Of a DNA stretch of 64,000 bases, positions 23,310-33,844 are shown one piece after another. The notes under the pieces are model-generated. The model did no database searches. It saw only the letters and a program-made list of their open reading frames with translations, and was not told the DNA's origin. The position numbers and the translations under genes are program-made. The DNA is from Anaeromyxobacter sp. (GTDB lineage: Bacteria > Myxococcota > Myxococcia > Myxococcales > Anaeromyxobacteraceae), in the NCBI GenBank assembly GCA_049840735.1, contig JASGJN010000004.1, forward strand, positions 185,184 through 249,183, given 5' to 3'. Positions within the stretch are counted from its first letter, which is position 1. Each line of letters opens with the position of its first letter.

Positions 23310-24623
23310 TCAGAAGTACCGGTTGAACAGGTTCTCCAGCGCCTCCTGCCGCCCCGAGACCGGCGCCACGTCGCTGTTCCGCTCCAGCACCCGGGCCGAG
23401 AGGGCCTCGAGCCCCAGCTTGCCGGCGAGCACGTCCTTGCCGAACGGGGCGTCCCAGCCGGCGTAGCGCCGCTCGATCGCCTGGGCCAGCTTCCCGTCCT
23501 GGATCATCTTCTCCGCCACCAGCAGGGCGCGCGCGCAGACGTCCATCCCGCCCACGTGGGCGTGGAGGAGGTCGTCCGCCTCGAAGGACTGCCGGCGGAC
23601 CTTGGCGTCGAAGTTGATGCCGCCGGTGGTGAAGCCGCCGCCGCGCAGGATGGTGTAGAGCACCAGCGCCATCTCGCGGACGTCGTCCGGGAACTGGTCG
23701 GTGTCCCAGCCCAGCAAGAGGTCGCCCCGGTTCATGTCCACCGAGCCGAAGACGCCGAAGGCCAGCGCGGTGGCGATCTCGTGCTGGAAGGTATGGCCGG
23801 CCAGCGTGGCGTGGTTGTTCTCGATGTTGGCCTTGACCTCCTTCTCCAGCCCGTACCGCTGGAGGAAGGCGAACACGGCCGCCACGTCGAAGTCGTACTG
23901 GTGCTTGCTCGGCTCGCGCGGCTTGGGCTCGATGAGGATGGTGCCCTTGAAGCCGATCTTGTGCTTGTACTCGACCACCGAGGAGAGGAACCGGCCCAGC
24001 TGGTCGAGCTCGCGCTTCACGTCGGTGTTGAGCAGCGTCTCGTACCCCTCGCGCCCGCCCCACAGCACGTAGTTCTCGCCGCCCAGCTTGCGGGTGGCGT
24101 CCATGGCGCCCTTCACCTGCGCCGCCGCCAGGGCGTAAATCTCCGGGTCGGGGTTGCTGGCCGCGCCCGCCATGTAGCGGCGGTGGCTGAACAGGTTGGC
24201 GGTGCCCCAGAGCAGCTTCACGCCGGTGCGCTGCTGGTGCTTCGCCAGCTCGTCCACGATGGCCTCGAGCCGCTGCAGGCTCTCGCGCGGCGTGGCCCCC
24301 TCCGGCGCCACGTCGCGGTCGTGGAACGTGTACCAGCGCACGCCCAGCTTGCCGAAGAACTCGAAGGCCGCCTCCGCCTTGAGTTTGGCCGCCTCCATGG
24401 CGTCCGCCGGCCGGTTCCAGGAGCGGGTGAAGGTGGCGCCGCCGAACGGGTCCGAGCCGGTCGAGCAGAAGGTGTGCCAGTAGCAGACGGCGAAGCGGAG
24501 GTGGTCCTCCATCCGCTTGCCCAGCACCTTGCGCTCCGGATCGTACCAGCGGAACGCGAGCGGGTTCGGGCTGTCCGGGCCCTCGTGACGGATGGGCTGG
24601 AGGTCGGTGAAGTCGCTGGCCAT
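23310..24623 (-). CDS. xylA: Xylose isomerase (class II)
   Basis: [37 protein letters not shown]. Confidence 0.97.
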   Translation of the reverse strand: MASDFTDLQPIRHEGPDSPNPLAFRWYDPERKVLGKRMEDHLRFAVCYWHTFCSTGSDPFGGATFTRSWNRPADAMEAAKLKAEAAFEFFGKLGVRWYTFHDRDVAPEGATPRESLQRLEAIVDELAKHQQRTGVKLLWGTANLFSHRRYMAGAASNPDPEIYALAAAQVKGAMDATRKLGGENYVLWGGREGYETLLNTDVKRELDQLGRFLSSVVEYKHKIGFKGTILIEPKPREPSKHQYDFDVAAVFAFLQRYGLEKEVKANIENNHATLAGHTFQHEIATALAFGVFGSVDMNRGDLLLGWDTDQFPDDVREMALVLYTILRGGGFTTGGINFDAKVRRQSFEADDLLHAHVGGMDVCARALLVAEKMIQDGKLAQAIERRYAGWDAPFGKDVLAGKLGLEALSARVLERNSDVAPVSGRQEALENLFNRYF

Positions 24624-24655
24624 GTCTGTTCTCCCTTTCCTGTCAGTGCGGCGCG

Positions 24656-26128
24656 CTACGCCTCGGCGCGCCAGAGCGGGGCCACGGTGCGGTACAGCCG
24701 GCGGAAGCGCTCCAGCCTCCCGGCCAGCGCCGCCGCGCGCTCGCGCGACGGCTCGAAGGTGCGGCTCACCGGCGGCCGGGCGCAGACGGCGCGCTCGTCG
24801 CCGCCGCAGGCCAGGTGGCCCAGGCGCGCGGCCCCCAGCGCGGCGCCGGTCTCGCCGCCGGCGTGGGTCTGGAGCGCGACGCCCAGCAGGTCGGCGATGA
24901 GCTGCGCCCAGAGGGCGCTGCGCGAGCCGCCGCCCACCAGCGAGAGCACCTCCACCTGCGTGCCGGCGGCTCGCAGCGCCTCCATGCCGTCGGCCAGGCC
25001 GAAGGCCACGCCCTCGATCACCCCGTAGACGAGCTCGGCCGCGCCGGTGCCCGGCGTGAGGCCGAACAGGACGCCCTGCGCGCCCGGGTCGTCGTGCGGC
25101 GTGCGCTCGCCGGTGAGGTAGGGCAGGAACAGCGGGGCGCCCTCGCGCGCCGCCGCCGGCAGCGCCTCCACCCGGGCCAGGATCTCCGCCTCGCCGGCCG
25201 CGCCCGTGAGCCGCGTGGCCCAGCGCAGGCAGCTGGCGGCCGAGAGCATCACGCTCATCTGGTGCCAGCGGCCCGGCAACGCGTGGCAGAAGGCGTGCAC
25301 CGCCGAGCGGGGGTTGGGCAGGAACCGGTCGTTCACCACGAAGGTCACGCCGGAGGTGCCCAGCGAGACGAAGCCGCCGCCGGGCGCCACCGCGCCGATG
25401 CCCACCGCGCTGGCGGCGTTGTCGCCCCCGCCGCCCGCCACCGTGACCGGCGCGGAGATGCCCCAGCGCTCGCGCAGCGCGTCGCGCAGCCGGCCGGCGG
25501 GCGCGCTCCCCTCGACCAGCCGCGGCATGTGCTCCCGCGAGAGGCGCGTGCCCTGCAGCATGGCGTCCGACCAGTCGCGGCGCCCGACGTCCAGCCAGAG
25601 CGTGCCGGCCGCGTCGGACATCTCGGAGATCTTCTCGCCGGCCAGGCGCAGCCGCAGGTAGTCCTTGGGCAGGAGCACGGTGGACACGCGGGCGAAGACC
25701 TCGGGCTCGTGGCGCGCCACCCAGAGCAGCTTGGGGGCGGTGAAGCCGGGCATGGCCAGGTTGCCGGTGATGGCGTGCGTGGCCGGCACGCGCTCCACCA
25801 GCTCGCGGCACTCCGCGTCGGAGCGGGTGTCGTTCCAGAGGATGGCCGGGCGGAGCGGGCGATCGGCCGCGTCGAGCAGCGTGGCGCCGTGCATCTGGCC
25901 GGAGAGCCCCAGCCCGCGCACCGCGGCCAGGGCCGCCGGGGCCGAGGCCTTGAGCGCGTCCACGGCCTGCAGCGTGGCCTGCCACCAGGCCTCCGGGTCC
26001 TGCTCCGACCAGCGGGGCTGCGGGCGCGAGAGGTCGAGCGGCGCGCCGGCGGTGGCGGCGATGCGCCCCCCCTCGTCCACCAGCAGCGCCTTCACCTCCG
26101 AGGTGCCCAGGTCGATGCCGAGGAACAT
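24656..26128 (-). CDS. xylB: Xylulokinase
   Basis: [36 protein letters not shown]. Confidence 0.96.
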   Translation of the reverse strand: MFLGIDLGTSEVKALLVDEGGRIAATAGAPLDLSRPQPRWSEQDPEAWWQATLQAVDALKASAPAALAAVRGLGLSGQMHGATLLDAADRPLRPAILWNDTRSDAECRELVERVPATHAITGNLAMPGFTAPKLLWVARHEPEVFARVSTVLLPKDYLRLRLAGEKISEMSDAAGTLWLDVGRRDWSDAMLQGTRLSREHMPRLVEGSAPAGRLRDALRERWGISAPVTVAGGGGDNAASAVGIGAVAPGGGFVSLGTSGVTFVVNDRFLPNPRSAVHAFCHALPGRWHQMSVMLSAASCLRWATRLTGAAGEAEILARVEALPAAAREGAPLFLPYLTGERTPHDDPGAQGVLFGLTPGTGAAELVYGVIEGVAFGLADGMEALRAAGTQVEVLSLVGGGSRSALWAQLIADLLGVALQTHAGGETGAALGAARLGHLACGGDERAVCARPPVSRTFEPSRERAAALAGRLERFRRLYRTVAPLWRAEA

Positions 26129-26254
26129 GGCGCTTCTCTCCTGCCGGCGCAGGGGCCGCACCCGCCCGCCCGGCTGTCCGTGAGCCGGGCGGGTGGGCGC
26201 GACCGGAGGGGACGGGGCCTCGCGGTCCGGGGGTTCCGGAGGCGCCCGTCCGAA

Positions 26255-26275
26255 TTGGTCCAGAAGCCTTACTAA
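26255..26275. promoter_or_regulatory. Putative XylR operator upstream of xylB
   Basis: Minus strand TTAGTA-N9-GACCAA, same 21-bp geometry as 15405-15425. Confidence 0.65.
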
Positions 26276-26369
26276 CTCGTCCAGAGAACCCGATCACGCG
26301 GGATTCGTCAAGCCCGCCGGAGGGGGCTGGGAGGGGCCGGCAGGGCGGCCGGACGGGCGCTGTCCCTGG

Positions 26370-26470
26370 GCTCGACTCCGCGAGCCCTTCGGGCGCGCAA
26401 CGCGCAGCCCGAACGGAAGGACCGTTCGGCCTGAGCGTAGCTGCCCCGAAGCGGCAGCGGAGTCGAAGGC
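26370..26470. repeat. Inverted pair of REP-like palindromes
   Basis: tcgactccgc...cagcccgaacgg followed by its imperfect inverse ccgttcggcctgag...gcggagtcga. Confidence 0.65.
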
Positions 26471-26511
26471 CAGGCGTCGAGCGCGAGCCGCGGGCGCGGG
26501 CGCGGCCTGCG

Positions 26512-27726
26512 CTACCCGACGCCGGCCGCCGCCTGGGGCTGTGCGTCGGCCTCGTCGTAGGCGTGCAGCACGCCGTGGAAGACGCTGCCCGCCGCGCCCA
26601 CGGCGCAGGCGTTGAGGCCGAAGCGGCAGGTGCGGACCGAGACGCGGTGCTCGGCGTACTGACCGTCGTTCTCGCGCATCTCGGCCAGCGCCGTCTTCAC
26701 GAACACGTCCCCCAGCTGGCAGAGCGGGCCGCCCAGCACGATCACGGCCGGATCGATGGTGTTCTCGAGGTTCTGCAGCAGGAGGCCCAGGTAGGCCCCG
26801 GCGCGGGTGGCGGCCTTGACGGTGGGGCGGTCCCCGCGGCGCACGCGCTCGACCAGCTCCTGCACCGGCAGGATGGGCTTCTCCTTGCCGGTCACGTCGC
26901 GGCTGACCGCCCGCTGCGAGACGAAGGTCTCGGCGCAGCCGCGGCGGCCGCAGGCGCAGCGCGGCCCGCCGCGCTGCAGGATGGTGTGGCCGACCTCGCC
27001 GGCGAACCCGTCGTGCCCCACGTAGAGCCGGTCGCGCAGCACGATACCGGCCCCCAGCCCCACGCCGATGCTCAGGTAGACCAGCGGGCCGGTGTGGTGC
27101 TCCTCGCCGAAGACGTACTCCGAGAGCGCGGAGGCGCGCGCCTCGTTGAGGACCGAGACCGGGAAGCCGCCGCACCCGGCGGCGGCCAGGGCCGCCTCCA
27201 GCCGCTCCTGCAGCGCCACGTCGTGCCAGCCCAGGTTGGGCGCGAACCGGAGCACGCCGCCCTCCGGGTCGAGCATGCCGGGCACGCCCACGCCCAGCCC
27301 CAGCGGCCTGCGGCCGCCCTCGCGCAGCGCGCCGTGCACCTCGCCCACCAGCCCGGCCAGCGCGCGCAGGGTCCGGCCCACGTCACGGTGCGTGTACGGC
27401 ACCATGCGCGAGGCCAGCACCTCGCCCAGCAGGTTGCAGGCCACGGCGTTCAGGTAGTCGACGCCGACCTCGGCGCCCAGCAGCCCCAGGCGCGAGGGGT
27501 CGAGCGTGATGGGCGAGGGGCGGCGCCCCACCCCGCCGCCGGGGGCCGGCTCGCTCTGCACCAGCCAGCCCTCGTCGATGAGCTCCTGCACCAGCATGCC
27601 GACCGTGGTCTTGGTGAGCCCGGTCCGCTTGGCCAGGTCTACGCGCGAGAGGCCCGGGCCGGCCTTCACCAGCCGGACGAGGGCGACGCGGTTGATGCGC
27701 TTGAGGAGGCTCTGGTCACCGGCCAT
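26512..27726 (-). CDS. xylR: ROK-family transcriptional repressor
   Basis: [39 protein letters not shown]; adjacent to xylBA. Confidence 0.88.
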   Translation of the reverse strand: MAGDQSLLKRINRVALVRLVKAGPGLSRVDLAKRTGLTKTTVGMLVQELIDEGWLVQSEPAPGGGVGRRPSPITLDPSRLGLLGAEVGVDYLNAVACNLLGEVLASRMVPYTHRDVGRTLRALAGLVGEVHGALREGGRRPLGLGVGVPGMLDPEGGVLRFAPNLGWHDVALQERLEAALAAAGCGGFPVSVLNEARASALSEYVFGEEHHTGPLVYLSIGVGLGAGIVLRDRLYVGHDGFAGEVGHTILQRGGPRCACGRRGCAETFVSQRAVSRDVTGKEKPILPVQELVERVRRGDRPTVKAATRAGAYLGLLLQNLENTIDPAVIVLGGPLCQLGDVFVKTALAEMRENDGQYAEHRVSVRTCRFGLNACAVGAAGSVFHGVLHAYDEADAQPQAAAGVG

Positions 27727-27885
27727 GGCGCGGTCCCGGCGGGCCGGCACGGCCCGCCCGCGGGAGAGCGTAGCACCTCGCGGCGCGAAGGGCGCAGCCC
27801 CACGGTCGCGGCACGGATGGTGCGGGTCCGGCGCGCCCGGCCCCGGGACCACCCTCCCGGCGGGCGCGGAGGAGGCGTGCGGGCG

Positions 27886-28419
27886 CTAGCTGCGGCCCGG
27901 CTCCGGCTCGGCCAGCGTCACCTGCACCATCAGGTCGCCGGCCAGCTTCTCCAGCGTCTCGCGGAGCTGGGCCGGGTCGGTGCGGGGCGGGACCACCACC
28001 CGGGCCCGTGACCGGAACAGCAGCTCGCCGGACATGGCGGCGCTGGTGCGGTCGGTGGTGAGCTCCTCGATGTTGACGCCGCGCTCGGCCAGCGCGTGCG
28101 AGATCTCGCGCACGATGCCGGGCCGGTCGAGCCCCATCAGGTCGAGCAGCATGAGGCGGCCGCCGGCCTCCTGGGCCGCCGCCGGGCTGGCCTCCACGTT
28201 GATGCGCAGCCCGCGCGACTCCAGTCCGTGCAGCGCCTGCGTGAGCGGCTGGACCTGGTCCGCCGGCACCTCCAGCCGGAGGATGCCGGCGAACTTGCCG
28301 GCCAGGTGGGCCATGCGGCTCTCCAGCCAGTTGCCGCCGTGGCGCGCCACGGGCTCCGCGATGGCCTCCACGATGCCGGGGCGGTCGGGGCCGATCAAGG
28401 TCAGGACGAGGTCGGGCAT
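27886..28419 (-). CDS. Tandem ACT-domain protein (GcvR-like)
   Basis: Two G-x-DRPGIV motifs; NWLESRM. Confidence 0.85.
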   Translation of the reverse strand: MPDLVLTLIGPDRPGIVEAIAEPVARHGGNWLESRMAHLAGKFAGILRLEVPADQVQPLTQALHGLESRGLRINVEASPAAAQEAGGRLMLLDLMGLDRPGIVREISHALAERGVNIEELTTDRTSAAMSGELLFRSRARVVVPPRTDPAQLRETLEKLAGDLMVQVTLAEPEPGRS

Positions 28420-28529
28420 GGGCCTGATCCAGCACGGCCGGGGCGGCGTTCCGCGCGCCCTGAAGCGGTCAGGGCCCGCAGCGCGCAGCGCGCACCGCGG
28501 GCCCCACCCCCGACACCAGCCCGCGGCGG

Positions 28530-29096
28530 CTAGACCGCCGCCACGGCCGCCTGCCAGGCCGCCGGCTCCCCCAGCTCGAGGGCCACCGCGGTGGACTGGA
28601 TGATGGCGGCCAGCCGGACCGCGTCGTGGACGGCGTCCTCGGTCAGGCCGCCGGCCACCACCACCTCCTCGTGCGAGCGCACGCACAGCTCGCAGCCGTT
28701 GATGGCGCTCACCGCCAGCGAGAAGAGCTCGAAGTCCACCTTGGTGGTGGCGGGCTTCACCAGCCGGTTCATGCGCAGCCGGGCCGGCTTCTCCGAGTAG
28801 CTGGGCTTCCCGATCATGTGGCGGAACCGGTAGTACACGTTGTTCATCCCCATGATCGTGGCGGCCGCCAGCCCGTCCTCGATCACCGCAGGCTCCACCT
28901 CGGCGCGGGCGTCGGCCAGGACCGCGTCGCGCAGCGCCGGGTTGCGGGCGGCGGCGGCGCAGGCCACCGCCACCCCCCAGCGCTGGGCCGGCGTCAGGGC
29001 CGGCGTGCCGCTGGGCTGGAGCGCCGCCTGCAGGTTGAGGCGGGCGTCCTTGGCCGGCTCGGGGATGGCGTCCCGGATCGCGTCGAGGGCCGCCAT
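28530..29096 (-). CDS. ahpD: Alkyl hydroperoxide reductase AhpD
   Basis: MGMNNVYYRF, SAINGCELCVRSHE; coupled to ahpC. Confidence 0.93.
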   Translation of the reverse strand: MAALDAIRDAIPEPAKDARLNLQAALQPSGTPALTPAQRWGVAVACAAAARNPALRDAVLADARAEVEPAVIEDGLAAATIMGMNNVYYRFRHMIGKPSYSEKPARLRMNRLVKPATTKVDFELFSLAVSAINGCELCVRSHEEVVVAGGLTEDAVHDAVRLAAIIQSTAVALELGEPAAWQAAVAAV

Positions 29097-29635
29097 CACG
29101 CCACCTGCAGGGTGGGCTCGCCCTTCTTCCAGTTGCAGGGGCAGAGCTCGTCGGTCTGGAGCGCGTCCAGGGTGCGGATGGTCTCGTCGACGTTGCGGCC
29201 GACCGAGAGGTCGTTCACCGAGACGTGCCGGATGATCCCCTCCGGATCGACCACGTACGTCGCGCGGAGCGCCACGCCGTCGGTCTTGTGGAGGACGCCC
29301 AGGGCGCTGGAGAGCTCCCGCTTGGTGTCGGCCAGCATGGGGAAGGGGAGCGCCTTGAGGTCGGCGTGGTTCTTGCGCCAGGCGAGGTGCACGAAGTGCG
29401 TGTCGGTGGAGACGCCCAGCACCTGCGCGTCGCGGTCCTGGAAGTCGCGGTTGCGCTTGCCGAACTCGGCGATCTCGGTGGGGCAGATGAAGGTGAAGTC
29501 CATCGGCCAGAAGAAGACCACCCGCCACTTGCCCGCGTGCGTGTCGCCGGTGATCTCCTGGAACTCCTTGCCGGAGTCGAGGCTCACCACGCCCTGCAGC
29601 TTGTACTCGGGGAAACGGTCACCCACGGTCAGCAT
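29096..29635 (-). CDS. ahpC: Peroxiredoxin AhpC
   Basis: WPMDFTFICPTE, ELCPCNW. Confidence 0.95.
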   Translation of the reverse strand: MLTVGDRFPEYKLQGVVSLDSGKEFQEITGDTHAGKWRVVFFWPMDFTFICPTEIAEFGKRNRDFQDRDAQVLGVSTDTHFVHLAWRKNHADLKALPFPMLADTKRELSSALGVLHKTDGVALRATYVVDPEGIIRHVSVNDLSVGRNVDETIRTLDALQTDELCPCNWKKGEPTLQVA

Positions 29636-29719
29636 GTTGGAACTCCTCTCGGTCGTTCGAGTCGTTCGAGGCGGCGTCCACCGCCGCGTCGCGAGGAGGA
29701 ATCTGCCCGGAGCGGCCTG

Positions 29720-29766
29720 ATTGGGCCAATACATCATTCCGATGTGTGTGATAGCTTTCGGACATG
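29720..29766. promoter_or_regulatory. Probable OxyR-binding divergent promoter region
   Basis: AT-rich; ATTG-N7-ACAT and ATAG-N7-ACAT (LysR T-N11-A type) between ahpC and oxyR. Confidence 0.5.
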
Positions 29767-30675
29767 AGCGACGCTCCCCACCCGTTCACGCTCCGCCAGC
29801 TCCAGTACGCCGTGGCGGTGGCCGACACCCTCTCCTTCCGCCGCGCGGCCGAGCGCTGCCGCGTCTCGCAGCCCTCGCTCTCCACCCAGCTGGCCCAGCT
29901 GGAGGACGCGCTGGGCGTGCGGCTCTTCGAGCGCGATCGCCGGCGCGTGCTGGTGACGGCCGCGGGCGCGGGGCTGCTGGACGCCGCGCGGCGGGTGCTG
30001 GTCGGCGCCGACGACCTGGTCGAGACGGCGCGCCGCGCCGGCGATCCGCTCTCCGGCACGCTGCGCGTGGGCGTGATCCCGACCATCTCGCCGTACCTGC
30101 TGCCGCCCGCCTCCCCCGCCATCCGCGCCGCCTACCCGCGGCTCAAGCTGGTCTGGCTGGAGGACAAGACCGAGGTGCTGGTGGCGCGGCTGCGGGCCGG
30201 CGCGCTGGACGCGGCGCTGCTGGCGCTGGAGGCCGACCTGGGAGAGGTGGACCACGAGGAGATCGCCCGCGACCCGTTCGTGCTGGCGGCGCCGCGCGGT
30301 CACCCCCTGGCGGAGCGCTCCGGCCCTGCCACGCCGGCAGAGCTGCGCGGCGCAGACGTGCTGCTGCTGGACGACGGCCACTGCCTGCGGGCCCAGGCCC
30401 TGGAGGTCTGCTCCAAGGCGCGGGCGCACGAGCTCGCCTTCCGTGCCACCAGCCTGCCCACGCTGGTGCAGATGGTCGCCAGCGGGGCGGGCGTGACCCT
30501 CCTGCCCCGGCTGGCCCTCCCGGCCGAGGGGCGCAAGGAGCTGAAGCTCCGCCCCTTCGCCCCTCCGGCGCCGCACCGGACGCTGGCCCTGGTGTGGCGG
30601 CGCCACGCCCCCCTGGGCCCGGCGCTGCGGCGCCTGGCCGGCACCATCCGCGAGGCCTACCCGGACCATAAGTGA
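29764..30675 (+). CDS. oxyR: H2O2-sensing LysR regulator
   Basis: TLRQLQY, VSQPSLS, LLDDGHCLRAQALEVC, ATSLPTLVQMV; divergent from ahpCD. Confidence 0.92.
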   Translation: MSDAPHPFTLRQLQYAVAVADTLSFRRAAERCRVSQPSLSTQLAQLEDALGVRLFERDRRRVLVTAAGAGLLDAARRVLVGADDLVETARRAGDPLSGTLRVGVIPTISPYLLPPASPAIRAAYPRLKLVWLEDKTEVLVARLRAGALDAALLALEADLGEVDHEEIARDPFVLAAPRGHPLAERSGPATPAELRGADVLLLDDGHCLRAQALEVCSKARAHELAFRATSLPTLVQMVASGAGVTLLPRLALPAEGRKELKLRPFAPPAPHRTLALVWRRHAPLGPALRRLAGTIREAYPDHK

Positions 30676-30892
30676 AGTCCGCCCAGGGCCCCGCCCTGCG
30701 GCGTCACGCGGACGCGGGTCGCGGCGGCCACACCGTGGCAAGGCGTGCACGCCGCGCGAGCATCGGGCTGCCTGCGCGCGCGCCGCCGGCGCGCCAACCG
30801 GCTGGATCCTGGCCCCGTCAGGCACGGGAAAGCGCGGCCTCCGGCTTGCAATCCACTGGGGAGTGCCGGTCAACGACTCCGGAGGGAACGCC

Positions 30893-31129
30893 ATGATGCG
30901 CCCGCGCTCCATCTACGCCCTGCTCGCCGACCCGACGCTGCCGCCACAGCTGCGCGAGGCGCTCCACGCCGCCCGGAACGGCCGGCGCGAGGAGATCCGC
31001 AGCGACGCGGCCCACCGCGCCGCTGCGCTGGTGGCGCTCCGCTACCGGCTGCGCTGGCGGGAGGCGGCCGCGCTGGTCGGGCTGCCGGCCGAACAGCCGG
31101 AGGTGAACATGGTGGAGGCCAGCGCCTGA
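30893..31129 (+). CDS. Small hypothetical protein
   Basis: RBS GGAGGG; high GC3; no recognised motif. Confidence 0.5.
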   Translation: MMRPRSIYALLADPTLPPQLREALHAARNGRREEIRSDAAHRAAALVALRYRLRWREAAALVGLPAEQPEVNMVEASA

Positions 31130-31148
31130 GGCGTCGACGGCCGCTGCT

Positions 31149-31718
31149 TCAGCGCGGCGTCCAGACCAGGACGTAGCTGGCGCTGCGCGCCTGCGGATCG
31201 AACTGCTCCAGTCGGGCGGTCCCGTCGTCGGAGGTGATGGACGCCACGGCGGCCATGGCGCCGGTCACCGAGCGCGGCCACAGGTCGTCCACCGCGCACT
31301 CCGGCGGCAGGTCCTCGATGGCCAGCTCGGCGCGGCCCTGCGCGTGGCCGACCACCCGCCAGCGGCCGCAGCCCTGGAAGATCAGCTGCCAGCCGCGCGG
31401 CACCCAGGTGGCGGCGGTGCCGGGGTCGGCCCCGAACATCCTGAGCCCGGTCTCCACCAGCGTGCGGAGTAGCGGCCCCTGGAAGGAGGCGCGCATGGCT
31501 TGCTTGAAGAAGGCCTCGACGCCCTCGTCGACCACCTCGCCGACCGCCCGCGTCAACACGATGTCCCACTCCATCGGACACCAGTCGAACCCGAACGAAG
31601 CCTCGATCCCGGCCAGCAGCTGGGCCGGCACCCGGGCCCGGATGGCCGCGGCTTGCGGGTGCTGATCGATGGACTCGATCAGCGACTTGAGGTGCCGGGC
31701 TCTCACCTGGACCGACAT
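31149..31718 (-). CDS. Hypothetical protein, Myxococcales DUF2378-like
   Basis: FDWCPMEW, PRGWQLIF..CGRW, C-terminal YVLVW; family match by eye only. Confidence 0.5.
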   Translation of the reverse strand: MSVQVRARHLKSLIESIDQHPQAAAIRARVPAQLLAGIEASFGFDWCPMEWDIVLTRAVGEVVDEGVEAFFKQAMRASFQGPLLRTLVETGLRMFGADPGTAATWVPRGWQLIFQGCGRWRVVGHAQGRAELAIEDLPPECAVDDLWPRSVTGAMAAVASITSDDGTARLEQFDPQARSASYVLVWTPR

Positions 31719-31912
31719 GGGCGCCCCCAGGATAGGCGAGGGACGCCCCGACTGCACGCAAAGGGACGAGCGCCTCGCCGCACCGGACGGGGCGCGCTGC
31801 GCGGCTCAGCGGGGCGGCTCCGGCGCCGCCCGTCCGGCTCCGCCGCCCGTCCGGCGTGAAGGGCTTTCCACCCCGGGCCGCGCATGGACTAGCCTCGGGG
31901 CAGGAGGCGTGG

Positions 31913-32335
31913 ATGGCCATCGAGCGGATCGGGATCTCGCTGGAGCAGGAGCTGCTCGAGCAGTTCGACGCGCTCAGCGCGGAGAAGGGCTACGTGAACC
32001 GGTCCGAGGCCATCCGCGACCTGATCCGCGACGCGCTGGTGCAGCGCGAGTGGTCGGCGTCGAGCGGGCGGGAGGAGCGGGTGGCGGTGGTGGCGCTGGT
32101 CTACGACCACGACGCCTCCAGCCTGGCCCAGAAGCTGGCGCACATCCAGCACGAGAACCACCGCGCGGTGGTCTCGGCGCTCCACGTCCACATGGACGAG
32201 CACAACTGCCTGGAGGTGCTGGTGCTGCGCGGGCGCGCCCGGGACGTGATCGCCATGGGCGAGGGGCTGGCCAGCACCAAGGGCGTCAAGTTCGGCCGCG
32301 TGCTCCCGGCCACCACCGGCGAGAGGCTGCGGTAG
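31913..32335 (+). CDS. nikR: Nickel-responsive regulator
   Basis: RIGISL, NRSEAIRDLIR, YDH, LHVHMDEHNCLEV. Confidence 0.95.
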   Translation: MAIERIGISLEQELLEQFDALSAEKGYVNRSEAIRDLIRDALVQREWSASSGREERVAVVALVYDHDASSLAQKLAHIQHENHRAVVSALHVHMDEHNCLEVLVLRGRARDVIAMGEGLASTKGVKFGRVLPATTGERLR

Positions 32336-32336
32336 C

Positions 32337-32750
32337 TCAGGCCGCCAGCGCCGCCGCCACCACCGGCAGCACCACCGCCAGCTGCGCCGCCGGGCCGGTC
32401 ACGGCCCGGTGGAGCGCGGACAGCACCGCGTCCAGCGCGAAGGGCTTGTGCAGGTGGGCGGTGGCGCCGCGCGGGCGCGAGGCGGTGCAGGCGGACATGG
32501 TCACCACCGGCGGCCGCGCCGGCTCGTCCTCGAGCGCGGCCAGCAGCTCCTCGCCGGAGAGCCGCGGCATGCGCAGGTCGAGCAGGATGACGGAAGGTGA
32601 AGGTCCGCGCCGGAGCCGCTCCAGCGCCTCGGCGCCATCGGCCGCGCACTCCACCTCGGCATAGTCGGAGAGCAGCTGGACCAGCAGCTCCCGGATGTCC
32701 GCCTCGTCCTCCACCACCAGGATTCGACAGCCCGGCACCTCTCCCAGCAT
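32337..32750 (-). CDS. Single-domain response regulator
   Basis: ILVVEDE, LLDLRMPRLSG, HLHKPF. Confidence 0.88.
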   Translation of the reverse strand: MLGEVPGCRILVVEDEADIRELLVQLLSDYAEVECAADGAEALERLRRGPSPSVILLDLRMPRLSGEELLAALEDEPARPPVVTMSACTASRPRGATAHLHKPFALDAVLSALHRAVTGPAAQLAVVLPVVAAALAA

Positions 32751-32973
32751 TCGCCCGACCTCGTCTCCTCCGGCGCCCCCGTCAAGCACCGGATCGACGC
32801 CGAGTATCGGCGGGCGGAGGCGCGCTTGAGAAGTCCCGGCGCGCTCCCGCTTGGAGTGTCCAAGGACGTTCCGGGGCCGCTGGCGCAGTATCCACGCGCG
32901 CTCCACCACCCATCCACACTCCCGCACACACCGCTGGCGGGGCCCAGGTCCCACGGGAGCGGGACAGCGAGCG

Positions 32974-33693
32974 CTAGGCCGCCCCCAGCCGCGCGCGCGC
33001 CGCGTCCAGCTCGGCGCGGTTCAGGAGCGAGAAGACCTCGCCGCGCGCGGTGGAGCGGGCCACCTCGACGATGAAGCGCCCCACGTCGTCGGCGCGCAGC
33101 CACTCCGGCCGGCCGTGGGTGCGGGCGCGGGTCATGACCGGCCCCAGCACCAGCGCGTTCACGCGCAGTGGCGCGTCGGCCAGCTCGGCCGCCAGCACCT
33201 GGGCCAGCATCAGCTGCCCGGCCGCGCTGACGCTGACCGGGCCGGCCTGCGGGTAGGGCGCGCGCGCCGAGAAGCCGTTCACGAAGGTGTAGCTGGAGGG
33301 GTGATCGACCAGCTGCGGCGCCAGCGCCCGCATGACGCGGAAGTGGGCGCCGAGGCCGTCGTCGAGCGCGCGGCGGAAGACCGGCTCGGCCACGCCCAGC
33401 AGCGCCTCCCCCTGCGCCCAGCCGCCGAGGCTGGCCACCACCGCGTCCACCGGCCCGTGGGCGCGGGCCACCTCGCGGCCGAAGCCGGCGATGGCGTCCA
33501 CGTCGTCCATGGCCACCACCTGGCCGCTGACGCGCTCGCGCGAGGCGGCCGGCAGCCGCGCCAGGAGCCCGTCCAGCCGCTCCCGGCTGCGCGCCGGCAC
33601 GAACACCGCCACCCCGGCGGCCGCCAGCATGCGCACGATCCCCTCGCCCACTGCCCCGGTGCCGCCCGCCACGATCGCCCGGCTCAGCGCCAT
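32974..33693 (-). CDS. Atypical short-chain dehydrogenase/reductase
   Basis: VAGGTGAVGEGI, DAVVASLGG; canonical YxxxK not seen. Confidence 0.75.
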   Translation of the reverse strand: MALSRAIVAGGTGAVGEGIVRMLAAAGVAVFVPARSRERLDGLLARLPAASRERVSGQVVAMDDVDAIAGFGREVARAHGPVDAVVASLGGWAQGEALLGVAEPVFRRALDDGLGAHFRVMRALAPQLVDHPSSYTFVNGFSARAPYPQAGPVSVSAAGQLMLAQVLAAELADAPLRVNALVLGPVMTRARTHGRPEWLRADDVGRFIVEVARSTARGEVFSLLNRAELDAARARLGAA

Positions 33694-33844
33694 AGAGACC
33701 TCCACCCCAACCCTAATCGACCGCCCGCCCGGGCGCGAACGGAGAACGCGGGAGGGGGCCGCGCCCTGCGCGCGGGAGCGCGCTCCCGGAGGCCGGACGC
33801 AGGTCCCGCGCGACGGCGGGGACGCCTTCGGCTAGATTTCGCCC